The notes: generated from the sequence alone by a model not told the origin. A stretch of DNA of 58,057 nucleotides from an uncultured Planctomycetales bacterium (GCA_964483785.1 CAZACW010000009.1:1-58057), one strand, 5' to 3'. Shown: positions 16,450 to 27,610, numbered from the stretch's first letter. Translations and numbers: made by a program.

Positions 16450-18692
16450 CAGCGTGGCCGCTTTTTAACCGCAATTTGATGTTTCTGACGGCATTGAGCC
16501 TTATCTGGGCCTGGCAGTTGATGCTCGCCGCTGTTTTTGTTTTTGGCCATATTCCGGCGCCGTCTGATTTGATAAGCCAGGTCCTGCCTGAATGGCAGCA
16601 TTTGCTTTATCCGGATTGGAAGCCGCTGGTTTTTCATCTGACCGCGGCTTCCGGACTCGGGTTTCAGCTGATACTGCTTTGGTTTAACCGCAAAGATTTG
16701 GCCATGAAGGATTTGATGCGTCCCTGGACAGCCTATTTAATCGTCGAGCTCTTGATCACTTTTGGCATGAGCAGTGCCCAGTTTAAATTGATCACCTGCG
16801 CCCAGCGTCCAGTACTTGCCCATCAGGCCTTGATCGTGTTCATGGCCGCGGCTGTGCTGTGCAAGGTTTTTAGCGACCGCTGGCAGGATTGGGGCCGCTT
16901 TTGCTGGGGCCTTGGCCTTCGGCTCGCGCAGGACCCGCATCAGCGGCGATGGGCAGAATGGGCCGTGCCCGCCGGTATTTGCGTCTTGCTGTTTATCCCC
17001 AATATCCAGGCCGTGGTGGCCAGGAATTTTATCGGAGAGCAATTCCATCATAATGACAGTTTTATCATGGGCCCGGGCCTGGCCTACACCAGCGGCCAAA
17101 TCCTGGATGTGGATATCATCAGCCAATACGGCATCGGCTTTGTGGTCGTGATCAGCCGGCTGGCCAAGCTATTGGGGGGTTTTAGCTATGAGCATGTGAT
17201 GACCGTGATGGTCATGGGCACGCTTTTGTATTATCTGGCCTGGTATGCATTGGTCCGCCGCTGGCTTGATTCCTTGCTTTTGGCCCTGGCCGTGACCCTG
17301 CTTGGCATCAAGTGGCAGATGTTTCACACCGGGGTCTTTCCCTTTGTCTTTACCTACGGCAGCCAGACGCCGATGCGTTTTGTTTACGATGTGTTTTATT
17401 TTTGGTGCATCTGGATGCATATCCAGACCGGCAGGAAATCATGGCTTTGGGGGGCAGGGGCTGCCTGCGGCTTTGGGATTTATTATCTGACATCAGAAGG
17501 CCTCTACGGCACGGCCTCGCTCTGGGCCTATCTCATCCTGCTGTGGGCCATGCCGGCCTGGCGCAGGCATGCGCGCCTGCGCCTCACCGATGCTGTCCTG
17601 CTGTTGTGGCCTTTGGCCGCGGCCTTTTTCCTTTTGTTCGCCACCGTCGGTTTCCATGTGTTCACCAGGACCTTTTGGGGCAATTGGGGGGAGTTCATCA
17701 ATTATTTCGCCAGCGGCTTCGGCCTGGAGCCCATGTATAAATCCCTGCAGGACCGTAAATTTTTGGAATCCCTGATGGGATTTGTGATTCCTATCGTTGA
17801 TTTTTTTACTCTCTTGATCATCTTGGGCAGATTGGCGTTTGACAAGGCCCGCAAGGAAGAGTGGCTGGCGGCTGTGCTGTGCTTCTATGGTTTGGGCACC
17901 TACCATTATTATGTGGCGCGCTCAGTCAGCACCAGCTACGACGGCGCCAGTTTTTCCTTTACCCTGGTCCTGGGCTTTTGGGCCCAAACGCTCATCGCGT
18001 CTTTGAAGCAAGGACAGCGCATGCCCGTCCGGCTCATCCTGGCCCTGGCCGCGGCCTGGGCTCTTTTGACCACGCACCTGTTTTTAAGTTATCCGAACCT
18101 GATCAATCTTTCGTCCCATCCTTTGACCGATCCCAAGGTGGCCTTGCCGCTTTCCGACGGAAGGCCGTATTTCAACCATCTTTTCAGGGACCAGCCGCAG
18201 GAGCTGTCGTTCAACTCCTTGGGTGGCACGCAGGTGGAATTTTTGTCTGAAAGTGATTTCAGCAGCGATAAGGGCCTGGTCGAGGACTACCTTAAAAACA
18301 GCCGGTTTGCGAAAGACACGGACATGATCAGGTCCCTGACCTCACGCGGGGATGAGGTGCCCTTGATCAGCAGTTTTGAGGTGAAGATGCTGATGGAGGC
18401 GGGCCGCAAGCCGTTTTTTTATTATTTCCCCCTGCTTATCTCCAGGCCCATGACCATGCGCAGTTTCGCGGCCTGCAGTATCTACACGACGCAACAGCTG
18501 GAGAAGACGCTCAGAAAATTCGAGGATGTCAAGCCGGCCTATGTGTTCTTGGAGAGGATTTATATGGTGAGCGAAGTGCCGCGCGATTATTTGTTCCGTT
18601 TTCCATCGCTGGTGCCCCTGATCAATTATGTGCGCACGCATTATGCCGCGGTGGCCCAGGGCGAATACCTGGTGGCCTTAAAAAGGATGTAA
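16446..18692 (+). CDS. GT-C-like family III (copy 2)
   Basis: EQFHHND...DVDIISQYGIG and SSFEVKMLMEAGRKPFFYYFP; ATGA coupling. Confidence 0.75.
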   Translation: MTAWPLFNRNLMFLTALSLIWAWQLMLAAVFVFGHIPAPSDLISQVLPEWQHLLYPDWKPLVFHLTAASGLGFQLILLWFNRKDLAMKDLMRPWTAYLIVELLITFGMSSAQFKLITCAQRPVLAHQALIVFMAAAVLCKVFSDRWQDWGRFCWGLGLRLAQDPHQRRWAEWAVPAGICVLLFIPNIQAVVARNFIGEQFHHNDSFIMGPGLAYTSGQILDVDIISQYGIGFVVVISRLAKLLGGFSYEHVMTVMVMGTLLYYLAWYALVRRWLDSLLLALAVTLLGIKWQMFHTGVFPFVFTYGSQTPMRFVYDVFYFWCIWMHIQTGRKSWLWGAGAACGFGIYYLTSEGLYGTASLWAYLILLWAMPAWRRHARLRLTDAVLLLWPLAAAFFLLFATVGFHVFTRTFWGNWGEFINYFASGFGLEPMYKSLQDRKFLESLMGFVIPIVDFFTLLIILGRLAFDKARKEEWLAAVLCFYGLGTYHYYVARSVSTSYDGASFSFTLVLGFWAQTLIASLKQGQRMPVRLILALAAAWALLTTHLFLSYPNLINLSSHPLTDPKVALPLSDGRPYFNHLFRDQPQELSFNSLGGTQVEFLSESDFSSDKGLVEDYLKNSRFAKDTDMIRSLTSRGDEVPLISSFEVKMLMEAGRKPFFYYFPLLISRPMTMRSFAACSIYTTQQLEKTLRKFEDVKPAYVFLERIYMVSEVPRDYLFRFPSLVPLINYVRTHYAAVAQGEYLVALKRM

Positions 18693-18695
18693 CGC

Positions 18696-20969
18696 ATGTT
18701 TCGACCTTGGACCAAGGACGACGATCATACCATCCCCAATATCCTGCTTTGCGCGTGGCTCGTCCTGCTGGAATCGGCCCAGCTGTTGATCGGGCTCGTC
18801 TTGATTTTCAGCTTTATCCCCATCCCTGTTGCGCCGGTAGTACATACCTTGTTTCCCCGTCATCAACAATTGGTTATGCCCGGGAGGGAAATGCTCTTTT
18901 ACCGGGTCTGGGCCCTGCTCTTGATTGCAGGCCAGACAGCCCTGCTCGCGGCGTTTAAACATCAATTGAAAAGCCCCAAGCTCTTCAGGCGCTTATTGCC
19001 TTTGTGCATGGTCGAGAGCGTGTGGTCAGCCTTGATGGTCTTTGCCGTGTTTAAGATCTTTGTCTATGGGCATCCGGCCTGGGCCTATCATAGCTTGTAC
19101 GTCTTTTTGGCAGGATCAGTGCTGAGCAAAATTTTCTGGAAAGAATTGAAATCCGGATTAAAGGCCTGCACCGCCTATTTTATGGAAAATCCTTCCAAGC
19201 TCAATCTTGGCGCGGATATCCTGGTCCCCTTGCTGATCGTCGCTGTTCTTTATGTCCCTGATTTAAAGGCCGCAGTGGCCCGCATGTGGATAGGGGATTG
19301 CCTGCACCATTTTGACACGGCCCTGATGGCCCAGGCCTGGGCGTATCTTAAGGGGGCCGCGATCAACATGGACGTGTATGAACATTATGGCCTGGGCTTC
19401 CCGATCGTGATGGGACTTTTGGCCAAGGGCCTGGGGCTTTTTTCCTACGAGGGCATGCTGGCGCTTTTGATTTGGATCAGCATTCTTTATTTTATCTTCT
19501 CGTATTTCTTTTTGCGCGCGTGGCTCAACAGCGTCCCTGCCGCTGTCGTGGGAGTGCTGTGGGCCCTCAAATGGAAAATGTTTCATCCCGGCGTGTATCC
19601 TTTTGTCTTTACCTATCCGGACACGACGGTGATCAGGCATGTGTTCGACCTTGCCTTTTTGTTTTTGGTTCTGCGGCACCTTCAAAGCGGCCGGTTTTAT
19701 GCCTTGGCCGCGGCCGCGGCAGTCTGCGGCCTCGGCCTTTTCTATGTGTCTGATACCGGGGTGTATTTGTTTGTGGCCTTTGTGTTTTATCTGGCCTGGC
19801 TCCTGCTGGAAGCCTGGGGCAGTCCCAAATTCTTGCAGAATACTTTAAGGCCGGTTTTGATCTGCCTTGTGTCAGCCCCGGCCCTTGCCTTTGTCCTGTT
19901 TTGCGCTTTTCAGGGAGCGCATGCATGGTCCGGGGAATTGTGGTCCAATATGTACGAGCAGATCGAATTGTTTTTGGCCGGCCACGGCGATCTGCCTATG
20001 TACAAAAGCCTTTTGGACGGTGATTACATGGCCTCGTTCATGAGCTTTGCCATACCCCTGGCCTATGCCGGCATCCTGCTTGTCACCGTGAGCCTTTGCT
20101 ATTTGAAAAAGATCGACCGCCAAAACATCATGGCGGCCGTGGTGGCTGTTTACGGCATGGGGCTGTTTCACTATTATGTCTGCCGCGCCGCGGACACCAG
20201 TTATTACACCGTTGGCCTTCCCTTTGCCTTTTTGTTGGGCTGGCTCTGCGTTAAAGCCGGGCCGTGGCTTAGCATCCGCGGCCGCCATGCCTTCTGGGCC
20301 GCGGCAGTGCTCTTGTCCCTGTTCGCGCTTTTGTCCAATCATTACGTTTTAAGCTATCCCAACTTACTTAATTTTTCCGCCAATCCCTATACCGCCTCAG
20401 ACATCAGGCCGGTGGTCAAGGGCATGGATCACTATTTCAACAATATTCCGCTGGGGCTTTCCCCGGCCCTGAAACTGCCGGCCAATTCCCTGGGCGAACA
20501 GGAAGAGGAACTCAAGGTCGAGACGGATTTTAAAAACGACGCTGAGTTTAAAGAATTTTTCACGCGTGAATTCGATTTTCAGGAAGATGCCGCGCTATTA
20601 GACCGCCTGACCAAGGCAGGAGAGAAGGCGGCCTTGATCAGCAGTTTTGAAACTAAGATCCTGATGCAGGCGGACAGGGCTTCCCTGTTTTATTATTTTC
20701 CCGTCATAGATTCCCGGCCCATGCGCGCGCGCATTTTCCCGTTTTCGAGCTTACTGTCCACCCATCGGTTAAACAAAACCCTCAACGAGCTGGATAATGC
20801 CAGGCCGGCGTATCTGTTCATGGAAAAAATTTTGTTGGCTGAGGCTGTTCCGTCCTCGTATGCCTATCTGTATCCGGAATTGCTGGAGATACTCCGGTAT
20901 GTCCACCAGCATTATGAACCTTATCAGGAAGGACGGTATTTGATCGCGATGAAAAGGAAAAGCCCTTGA
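18696..20969 (+). CDS. GT-C-like family III (copy 3)
   Basis: DCLHHFD...NMDVYEHYGLG and SSFETKILMQADR. Confidence 0.75.
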   Translation: MFRPWTKDDDHTIPNILLCAWLVLLESAQLLIGLVLIFSFIPIPVAPVVHTLFPRHQQLVMPGREMLFYRVWALLLIAGQTALLAAFKHQLKSPKLFRRLLPLCMVESVWSALMVFAVFKIFVYGHPAWAYHSLYVFLAGSVLSKIFWKELKSGLKACTAYFMENPSKLNLGADILVPLLIVAVLYVPDLKAAVARMWIGDCLHHFDTALMAQAWAYLKGAAINMDVYEHYGLGFPIVMGLLAKGLGLFSYEGMLALLIWISILYFIFSYFFLRAWLNSVPAAVVGVLWALKWKMFHPGVYPFVFTYPDTTVIRHVFDLAFLFLVLRHLQSGRFYALAAAAAVCGLGLFYVSDTGVYLFVAFVFYLAWLLLEAWGSPKFLQNTLRPVLICLVSAPALAFVLFCAFQGAHAWSGELWSNMYEQIELFLAGHGDLPMYKSLLDGDYMASFMSFAIPLAYAGILLVTVSLCYLKKIDRQNIMAAVVAVYGMGLFHYYVCRAADTSYYTVGLPFAFLLGWLCVKAGPWLSIRGRHAFWAAAVLLSLFALLSNHYVLSYPNLLNFSANPYTASDIRPVVKGMDHYFNNIPLGLSPALKLPANSLGEQEEELKVETDFKNDAEFKEFFTREFDFQEDAALLDRLTKAGEKAALISSFETKILMQADRASLFYYFPVIDSRPMRARIFPFSSLLSTHRLNKTLNELDNARPAYLFMEKILLAEAVPSSYAYLYPELLEILRYVHQHYEPYQEGRYLIAMKRKSP

Positions 20970-23569
20970 TGATGATCGCGGCCATGCTCATCAATTTGGT
21001 TGTGGCGGCCTGGCTTTATCCGGAGTTTTTTACCCATCTGGATTTCAGGCTGGTGGAAGGCAATGAAACTTGCGCGCCCATGCAGGGCGTCTTTTCCCTG
21101 ATCAGCCAGTTTTACCAGGGCGGCCTTCAGCTTTTTGACCGGTATGATCTTATCAACGGCGCCTACACCCAATTGTCCGTCGGCATGTATACGCCGGTCT
21201 ATTTTCTGATCGCTCTGGGATATATTATTTTGTCGCCCTTGGTCAAACAGCCGGCGCTGTTTTTCCACCATTGGGAGGTCTTTGCCTATTTTACCTTTGG
21301 CCTTTTGCTTCGCACCTTCGGCACCTATCTGCTGGCCTTTTATATGACCAAATCCCGGTTGACCGCTGTGATCACCACGGTCTGGGTGAATTGCTTTTGC
21401 GCCATTGCCTTGATCCATTTGGGCGGCCTGAGCATTTCCATGGTCCATGATTATCTGCCGCTTTTGCTTTTTTGCCTGGTTTATTATTGGGAGACGAGAT
21501 CTTTTAAGGCCATTGTGGCGTCGGTGCTGGTCTTTTTGCTGGCCGTGAATAACGGCGTTTTATACGGCCTGGGCTATTTTTACCAGACCCTGCATTTATT
21601 CTTGTTTGACATGCTGATCATTTGGTTTCTTTTCCAGAGGGGGCGAAAGCCGCTGCTGAAAGATAAAATCAACTGGAACACGGTCGTCAAGGTGGCCGCA
21701 GTGGCCTTTGTCATTCTTCTTCCGGTATGGTTTTGGGCCCAAAGCCTGGTCCATGATTTTGAAATGGCCGGCTCCGGCCTGGGCGGCACCCAGGGACGTT
21801 TTAACCGGATCTATAATCCCGTGGCCATGATGCATGATCCTTTGCGTTATTTTGTTTCCGCCAAGGACATTTTAAGCCACGCCTATGATTTTACGGTCAG
21901 CGGCTGGTACTTGAATGCCACCTTTGTGGGGATCACGAGCATCGTCCTGGCCGTGATCGGCCTGACCTTGGCCAAGCACTCCTACAAATACGTCTTTATG
22001 ACCTCGGCGGTGATGATGGGATTTTTGAATGTGCCTTCCACCCAGGGCGGATGGATGGTCTGGGCCCATTGGATCGACACGGTCACAGACCCGTTTTGTT
22101 TTTTGGTAAGGACCTTTCACATGTCCCTGCTCTTATGGTATCTGACCCTGGCCATTCCCATTTGTTTAGGCGTGCGTGCCTGCATCGCCATTGTCCGTCA
22201 GCAATTCGACAAGATTTACGCCAACCGCATCGATTATCTCAAAGGCGCCTTGCTGGGGCTTTTGGCCGGCAGTTTTTTTATCCCCAATCCCCAGATCAAG
22301 AATTATGCCGTGGACGTTTTGGGTTTGTTTCTGGTCTTTCTCATTGTCTTTGACACCCGCAAATTCAGCGTCTCAACCAGGATCAGGACCGCGGCCGTTT
22401 TGTTTCTGGTGATCATGGGCATTGAATTCAGGGCCTTGAACACCTACATCCACACGCCCAGCGTTGACATGAACATGATGTATTGGGACGGCTTAAGGAT
22501 CAAGCCCAGGATTTACCAGCCCATGTATTCCCCGGCGGTGCCGATGGTCCTGGATTACCAAAACCCCAGGGTCCTGCCGGTGCGGTTTTTTTACCGAGCG
22601 GATTCCCAGGTGATTTTTCCGCTTCTGGTGGAACTGGAAGGGATGTTCGGCCAATTTTATGGCTATATGCCGCTGGCCACGCGCCTGGCCCAGGAAGGCT
22701 CTTTGTATGTGCCGCGCGAGAAAATTTTTAAGGGAGTTGATAAGGACGGGTTGATCCAGGAATATATCCATCGCGACGGCCGGATCATGTACATGGCCGA
22801 TGCGGCCATTGCTCCGGACCCCCAAAAATTCGCCGCTATCCTGGCTTCCCATCTTGACCGCAGGGTGGTGCAGGCCGAGGGCGGCCATGCTGAGCTCATC
22901 CAAAATTTCAAGGACTTGAACCTGCCCGCGGCCTTGCCGCAGAATTTTTTGCGCCATGATTACGCTTTTACGCTGGAAAAAGCCAGGTCCCGTCGGCGGC
23001 CCGAGGGCATGGAGTACCAGTGGCCTTTGCCGAAGGATTTTCCTAAGTATCTGGCCACCGGCGTGTTGACCCCGGATGTGTATTTATGGCATTGCTTAGT
23101 CAACGGCAGGGAATTACTGCCGGCCCAAGGCGCCCTGGTTTATCCGGGGACCTTTGACGTGAATAATCTGCGCGACGGGTATATGACCGTGCTGTTGTCT
23201 CAAGATGATGTTCTTGGCCCAGAGCCCCTGCAGCTGCATGTGCTGACGCCTGCCGAGCTGAAGGAGGTATGGCGCAACACCGAGGACCAGTTCGGGCTCA
23301 CCTACACGGCCGCGCGCGACGGCTGGTGGGTGATCCATATGCCGTATGACCCTCATTGGCAGCTTTTTGTCGACGGACTCAAAACGCCGGTCACGCAGAT
23401 CAACCATTATTTCATCGGCACCCCCTTGAGCGCGGGGGAGCATAAGATCCTTTTGTCTTACTGGCCTGAAAGCCCTTTAAGGGCCCTGGTCCTTTTATCT
23501 ACACTGATGGCCTGGGCTGTGATGGCATTTGTTTTTCGCACCACATACCGGTGGGGGATGGAGCGTTAA
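20969..23569 (+). CDS. YfhO-family GT-C membrane protein
   Basis: YQGGLQLFDRYD; C-terminal PYDPHWQLFVDG...GTPLSAGEHKILLSYWP. Paralogue of 11802 and 33494. Confidence 0.8.
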   Translation: MMIAAMLINLVVAAWLYPEFFTHLDFRLVEGNETCAPMQGVFSLISQFYQGGLQLFDRYDLINGAYTQLSVGMYTPVYFLIALGYIILSPLVKQPALFFHHWEVFAYFTFGLLLRTFGTYLLAFYMTKSRLTAVITTVWVNCFCAIALIHLGGLSISMVHDYLPLLLFCLVYYWETRSFKAIVASVLVFLLAVNNGVLYGLGYFYQTLHLFLFDMLIIWFLFQRGRKPLLKDKINWNTVVKVAAVAFVILLPVWFWAQSLVHDFEMAGSGLGGTQGRFNRIYNPVAMMHDPLRYFVSAKDILSHAYDFTVSGWYLNATFVGITSIVLAVIGLTLAKHSYKYVFMTSAVMMGFLNVPSTQGGWMVWAHWIDTVTDPFCFLVRTFHMSLLLWYLTLAIPICLGVRACIAIVRQQFDKIYANRIDYLKGALLGLLAGSFFIPNPQIKNYAVDVLGLFLVFLIVFDTRKFSVSTRIRTAAVLFLVIMGIEFRALNTYIHTPSVDMNMMYWDGLRIKPRIYQPMYSPAVPMVLDYQNPRVLPVRFFYRADSQVIFPLLVELEGMFGQFYGYMPLATRLAQEGSLYVPREKIFKGVDKDGLIQEYIHRDGRIMYMADAAIAPDPQKFAAILASHLDRRVVQAEGGHAELIQNFKDLNLPAALPQNFLRHDYAFTLEKARSRRRPEGMEYQWPLPKDFPKYLATGVLTPDVYLWHCLVNGRELLPAQGALVYPGTFDVNNLRDGYMTVLLSQDDVLGPEPLQLHVLTPAELKEVWRNTEDQFGLTYTAARDGWWVIHMPYDPHWQLFVDGLKTPVTQINHYFIGTPLSAGEHKILLSYWPESPLRALVLLSTLMAWAVMAFVFRTTYRWGMER

Positions 23570-23573
23570 GTTT

Positions 23574-25790
23574 ATGGTCTGGATAGTTTTGACGGCGATG
23601 GTTTTATCGATTGAACTGGCTTTTGCGGCCGCGGCCTTGCTTAGCCTCATGCCTTTTAACATCGACGCAGATTTTGTGCATTCCATTGTCTGGCATTACC
23701 AGAGGAATTTTCAGCCGCAGAGAAACCTGCTGTTGTATTTTCTTTGGGGGTCCATGGCTACAGTGGTTTACGGGTTCATGGTATGGCTGATCAAATTTTC
23801 GCCTTTCAAGGCCAGATGGGACTTGAAACCCTTCTTTGTCTTTCATCTGATCACAGCGGCCCTGATGACCCACGCGGGCTTTGAGATCTTGGCCGTCGGA
23901 AACCCGGTCTGGGCCTGGCCGGTGTTTTGGTGCGCCTTTGCCTTAGCCCTGTCAGCAACGGTTTTCTGGACGGAATGTCTTGCTGCGGTTTCTTTTCTTA
24001 AACTATTGCCCGCGCGTTTAAACTTAGACCCAGGATGGGGTAGCTTGCTGGGCTGTCTGCTGATTTTTCTGGTGATCTTTATGCCGGATTTGCAGGCCGT
24101 GGTGGCCATGGTGTACATGGGCGATTATTTCCATAATTGGGACGCCAGCCTGTTTGGCGGGGTGTATGCCGTCTATCATGGGGCAATCCCTTTTATAGAC
24201 GTCAATATCACCTACGGCTTGGGCGCCTCGGTGATGCTGGCTAAGGTCCTTCATCTTTTGGGCGGATTTGATTACAGCAGGATTTTAGGGATTTCGATGT
24301 GGATAGAGATCATCTACTTTATCGCCTGGTTTCTGTTATTGAAGCGGTTTTACGCCTCGGGCCTGCTGGCCTTTGCCGCTGTGATCATGGCCATACGCAT
24401 GCAGATGTTCAACAATATGGTCGAGCCCTGCATTTGGGTCGAGATTTTGCATTCAGCCTTTCGTGTCTGCTTTGATGCCGGAGTCTTTTGGATGATCTGG
24501 ATGCATCTTCAAACCCGGCGCGCCGTGTATTTGACGGCCGGCGCTGTTTTTGCCTCTTTGGGTATTTTTCATATGCTGCAAACCGGGACCTACGCGTTTT
24601 TGGTCTTTGCCTTGTATGTTGTTCTGTCGGCCTTTGTGCCTTGCCTGGGCGGGAAAAAAGATTTTGTCCTTTGGCGCCGCCATGCCCTGGTCCTTACCGG
24701 AGTTTTTCTTTTGAGCGGCCTGTGGTTTTTCATGTCCGTGGGACCTCATGTGTTCGCGGCCTCTTTTTATAAAAATCTCACCGGCTACAGCTCTTATTTT
24801 GTCAAAGGCGCCTTTGAGGGGCCTTTAAGCGCCCCGTTTTCCGGTGTTAATTTAGGCTCTGCCATCGGCGGATTTTTCTATCCGGTTTTTTGTTTGGGCG
24901 TGTTTTTGTATGCGGCGGGACAGGTGGTCCTTGGCAGCGCAGGGAAGCGCGGTATTTTTGCCGGGCTCTTGGCCTTGTACGGCCTCGAGTCCCATTCCTA
25001 TTACATGCTCATGGTCACGCAATGGTTTACCCTGGCACTGCCCGGGCTTTTTGTCCTGTATTATCTGGCCGGCAGGGGATTGGAAAAAATTCCCAAGCGA
25101 TTGGCCCGAGGCATGGTCTGGGCCCTGGCTTTTGTTTCCGTCTATTGCCTTGTCACCTCCCGGCATTATCCGGGATATCCGAATCTATTGAATTTTTCCC
25201 GCAACCCCATTGTGGATGAGCGCGTCGCCTTTCGCGTCGGGCCGCGCCAGGTCCCTTATTTTCACCAGCTGATGGCGGATTTTCCCGAGGCCTTCAAATT
25301 GCCGCTGAACAATCTGGACCAAAAAGAGGAGGGCCTGAAATTCGAGAAGGACTTTGCCGACCAGAAAGAGCTTAAGGATTATTACGCCCAGGCGACCTCC
25401 TGGCCCGAGGATGTGCAATTGATCCGGAGGCTGACGCCCGAAGGGGGGTCTGCCGCGGTTTTCGGCAGTTTTGAGATCCTTCTGCTTCAGAGGGCTGACC
25501 GCAAGCCCTTCTTTTATTATTTTCCCCTGATCAATTCCCGGCCCTTGACCGTGCGCAATTTCATGGTCACCTGCCTTTTCTGTTATCCGCAGGTACAGCA
25601 AATCCTGGACCAATTGGAAAATCAGAAACCGGAATATGTGTTTATGGAGCGCATTTTCTTGACGCCCCAGATCCCTCAGGCGTACCTTTATGAATACGAT
25701 GATATGATTTCGATTTTGCGCTACATTTTGGCCAAGTATCAGCCCTATGAAGCGGGAAAATATTTTATCGCCATGAAACGCAGACCGTGA
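23574..25790 (+). CDS. GT-C-like family III (copy 4)
   Basis: DYFHNWD...PFIDVNITYGLG and GSFEILLLQRADRKPFFYYFP; ATG 4 nt after the upstream stop. Confidence 0.75.
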   Translation: MVWIVLTAMVLSIELAFAAAALLSLMPFNIDADFVHSIVWHYQRNFQPQRNLLLYFLWGSMATVVYGFMVWLIKFSPFKARWDLKPFFVFHLITAALMTHAGFEILAVGNPVWAWPVFWCAFALALSATVFWTECLAAVSFLKLLPARLNLDPGWGSLLGCLLIFLVIFMPDLQAVVAMVYMGDYFHNWDASLFGGVYAVYHGAIPFIDVNITYGLGASVMLAKVLHLLGGFDYSRILGISMWIEIIYFIAWFLLLKRFYASGLLAFAAVIMAIRMQMFNNMVEPCIWVEILHSAFRVCFDAGVFWMIWMHLQTRRAVYLTAGAVFASLGIFHMLQTGTYAFLVFALYVVLSAFVPCLGGKKDFVLWRRHALVLTGVFLLSGLWFFMSVGPHVFAASFYKNLTGYSSYFVKGAFEGPLSAPFSGVNLGSAIGGFFYPVFCLGVFLYAAGQVVLGSAGKRGIFAGLLALYGLESHSYYMLMVTQWFTLALPGLFVLYYLAGRGLEKIPKRLARGMVWALAFVSVYCLVTSRHYPGYPNLLNFSRNPIVDERVAFRVGPRQVPYFHQLMADFPEAFKLPLNNLDQKEEGLKFEKDFADQKELKDYYAQATSWPEDVQLIRRLTPEGGSAAVFGSFEILLLQRADRKPFFYYFPLINSRPLTVRNFMVTCLFCYPQVQQILDQLENQKPEYVFMERIFLTPQIPQAYLYEYDDMISILRYILAKYQPYEAGKYFIAMKRRP

Positions 25791-25794
25791 AGGA

Positions 25795-27603
25795 ATGATT
25801 TCAATGATGCCTCAAACTAAGCGTTGGCTTTTGATCTTTGCCGTGGTCTTGCTGTCCATCCAGGTTTTGGCCGTGGTCATTTATGTCTACAGCTTCATTC
25901 CCCTGGTTTGGGATGATACCTTTTTAAAAGGCCTGGAACCGACGAGGGACACGCTTTTTTATGGGGTCTTTGTGGCGGTAAACATTGCGCTTTTGGTCCT
26001 GGGCGTACTTTTGGTCCTGCCCAGGCTCGGTTCCCCGCAGGCCTGGCACGGCTTCCAATTTTGGCTTTGCCTGGAATCTTTTTGGTGTTTCCTGACGCTT
26101 TTTTGTTTTTTCAAATGGACCACCTATCAATATCCGTTTTGGAATGTCCTGCCTTTTGAGAACAGAGGGTGGCTGGTGCCGTTTTGGTGGGTGGTCTGTG
26201 TCCTGATGTTTTTATCCAAGGTCTTTTTTCCCGAAATCCAAAATTTTTACAATCGCCTCAAGGTCCTGGGTCATCAAGCGGCCTATCCCCGGCGCTTTAT
26301 CGCTGTTTTACAGGCCGCATTCTGGGTCTTTGTCATTATTCTGTTGTACATTCCCAATCCCAAGGATGTGGCGGCCCTTGCCCTGGCCTGGGAACAATGG
26401 AACCATCTTGATCCCGTGGCCGGATGGTTTTTGTCCCAGGGCTGGTTTCTTTCCTATGAGCAGATCATCCAAATTTTGGCGGGCCTGGCCATGGCCTATA
26501 TCATCGCCTTGTTTTATCTGGTCCGGTTTTGGCTCAAGAGCTGGCTTTTGGCTGCCGTCGGCAGTTTGCTGGTCTTGAAAATGGGCTTGTTTTATTATGG
26601 AAGCGTGCCCTGCATTTGGACCAATCCTTCCCAAACTTTTTTAGCGCACGGCTGGGACATTTTTCTTTTCTTCGGGCTTTGGTTTATCTCTGTTCATCAA
26701 GCCAAAAAGTTTTATCCGGCCGCGGCCCTGGCCGGCGTGGCACTGATCATCGCCTGGATCAAGTCCAACGGCTATCTAAACGCCTTTGGGCTGGATAATC
26801 AGCCCTTGATGGCGCCTTTGCGGGTCCGTCAATTTTTTCCTTTTTTCATGGGATTTTTCGTGCCGGTTTTTTATACCTTCAGCCTGCTTTTGCTTGGCGG
26901 CGCAAAAGACGAGGCCCAGGCCGGGCCGCGCCGCTTCCCTCAAGCGCTTTGCGTTTATGGGCTGATGATCTTCACCGATTATTTGGCGCACCCGCTGATC
27001 GGTTTTTACGGCTCCTTGATTGTGCCCGCGGTCCTGGTGATGCTTTGGTGGTTAAATGAAATTTGTTCATCCTTGAAGCTCTATGTCCGACGGGGGATTT
27101 ATGCAGGGCTTTTGCTCTTGACCATCGGCGCCTTGATGACCAACCGTCTCATGCTTGCCTATCCAAATCTGATTTTTCAAAACAAGGACCGTTTCGCCCG
27201 CGAAAGGGATTTTTATGAACATTTCGATATGATCGGGCAATCCGCGTCCCTGATCAGCCAGTTGACCGCGGAAAACCAGAAGGTGGTGCTCTTAAGCAAT
27301 TTTGAGACGGCCCTGCTGATGAAAGCGCACCGCCAGCCCCTTTTCAAGCAAGTGCCGGTGATGTTTTCAGGCTTTGCCAACAACCCGGGCGGACTGGATC
27401 TGCTGACCAAAAAACAAGGCCTGGACTTGGTCAACAGCATCTCGGAAGAAAATGCCATGTATGTTTTTGTGGACGTGCGGCTGCTGGGGCTGACGCCGAA
27501 GGATTTGGGCGAGAATGGATTAAAGCCGGTTTTAAATGAAATCAAGGACCATTATACACCTTTCAAACAACAGGGATTCTTAGTGGCTTTACAGAGAAAA
27601 TAG
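25795..27603 (+). CDS. GT-C-like family III (copy 5, internally shortened)
   Basis: 602 aa. EQWNHLD, YPNL and SNFETALLMKAHRQP are present, but the D...YGxG loop is missing. Confidence 0.7.
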   Translation: MISMMPQTKRWLLIFAVVLLSIQVLAVVIYVYSFIPLVWDDTFLKGLEPTRDTLFYGVFVAVNIALLVLGVLLVLPRLGSPQAWHGFQFWLCLESFWCFLTLFCFFKWTTYQYPFWNVLPFENRGWLVPFWWVVCVLMFLSKVFFPEIQNFYNRLKVLGHQAAYPRRFIAVLQAAFWVFVIILLYIPNPKDVAALALAWEQWNHLDPVAGWFLSQGWFLSYEQIIQILAGLAMAYIIALFYLVRFWLKSWLLAAVGSLLVLKMGLFYYGSVPCIWTNPSQTFLAHGWDIFLFFGLWFISVHQAKKFYPAAALAGVALIIAWIKSNGYLNAFGLDNQPLMAPLRVRQFFPFFMGFFVPVFYTFSLLLLGGAKDEAQAGPRRFPQALCVYGLMIFTDYLAHPLIGFYGSLIVPAVLVMLWWLNEICSSLKLYVRRGIYAGLLLLTIGALMTNRLMLAYPNLIFQNKDRFARERDFYEHFDMIGQSASLISQLTAENQKVVLLSNFETALLMKAHRQPLFKQVPVMFSGFANNPGGLDLLTKKQGLDLVNSISEENAMYVFVDVRLLGLTPKDLGENGLKPVLNEIKDHYTPFKQQGFLVALQRK

Positions 27604-27610
27604 GGGACGA

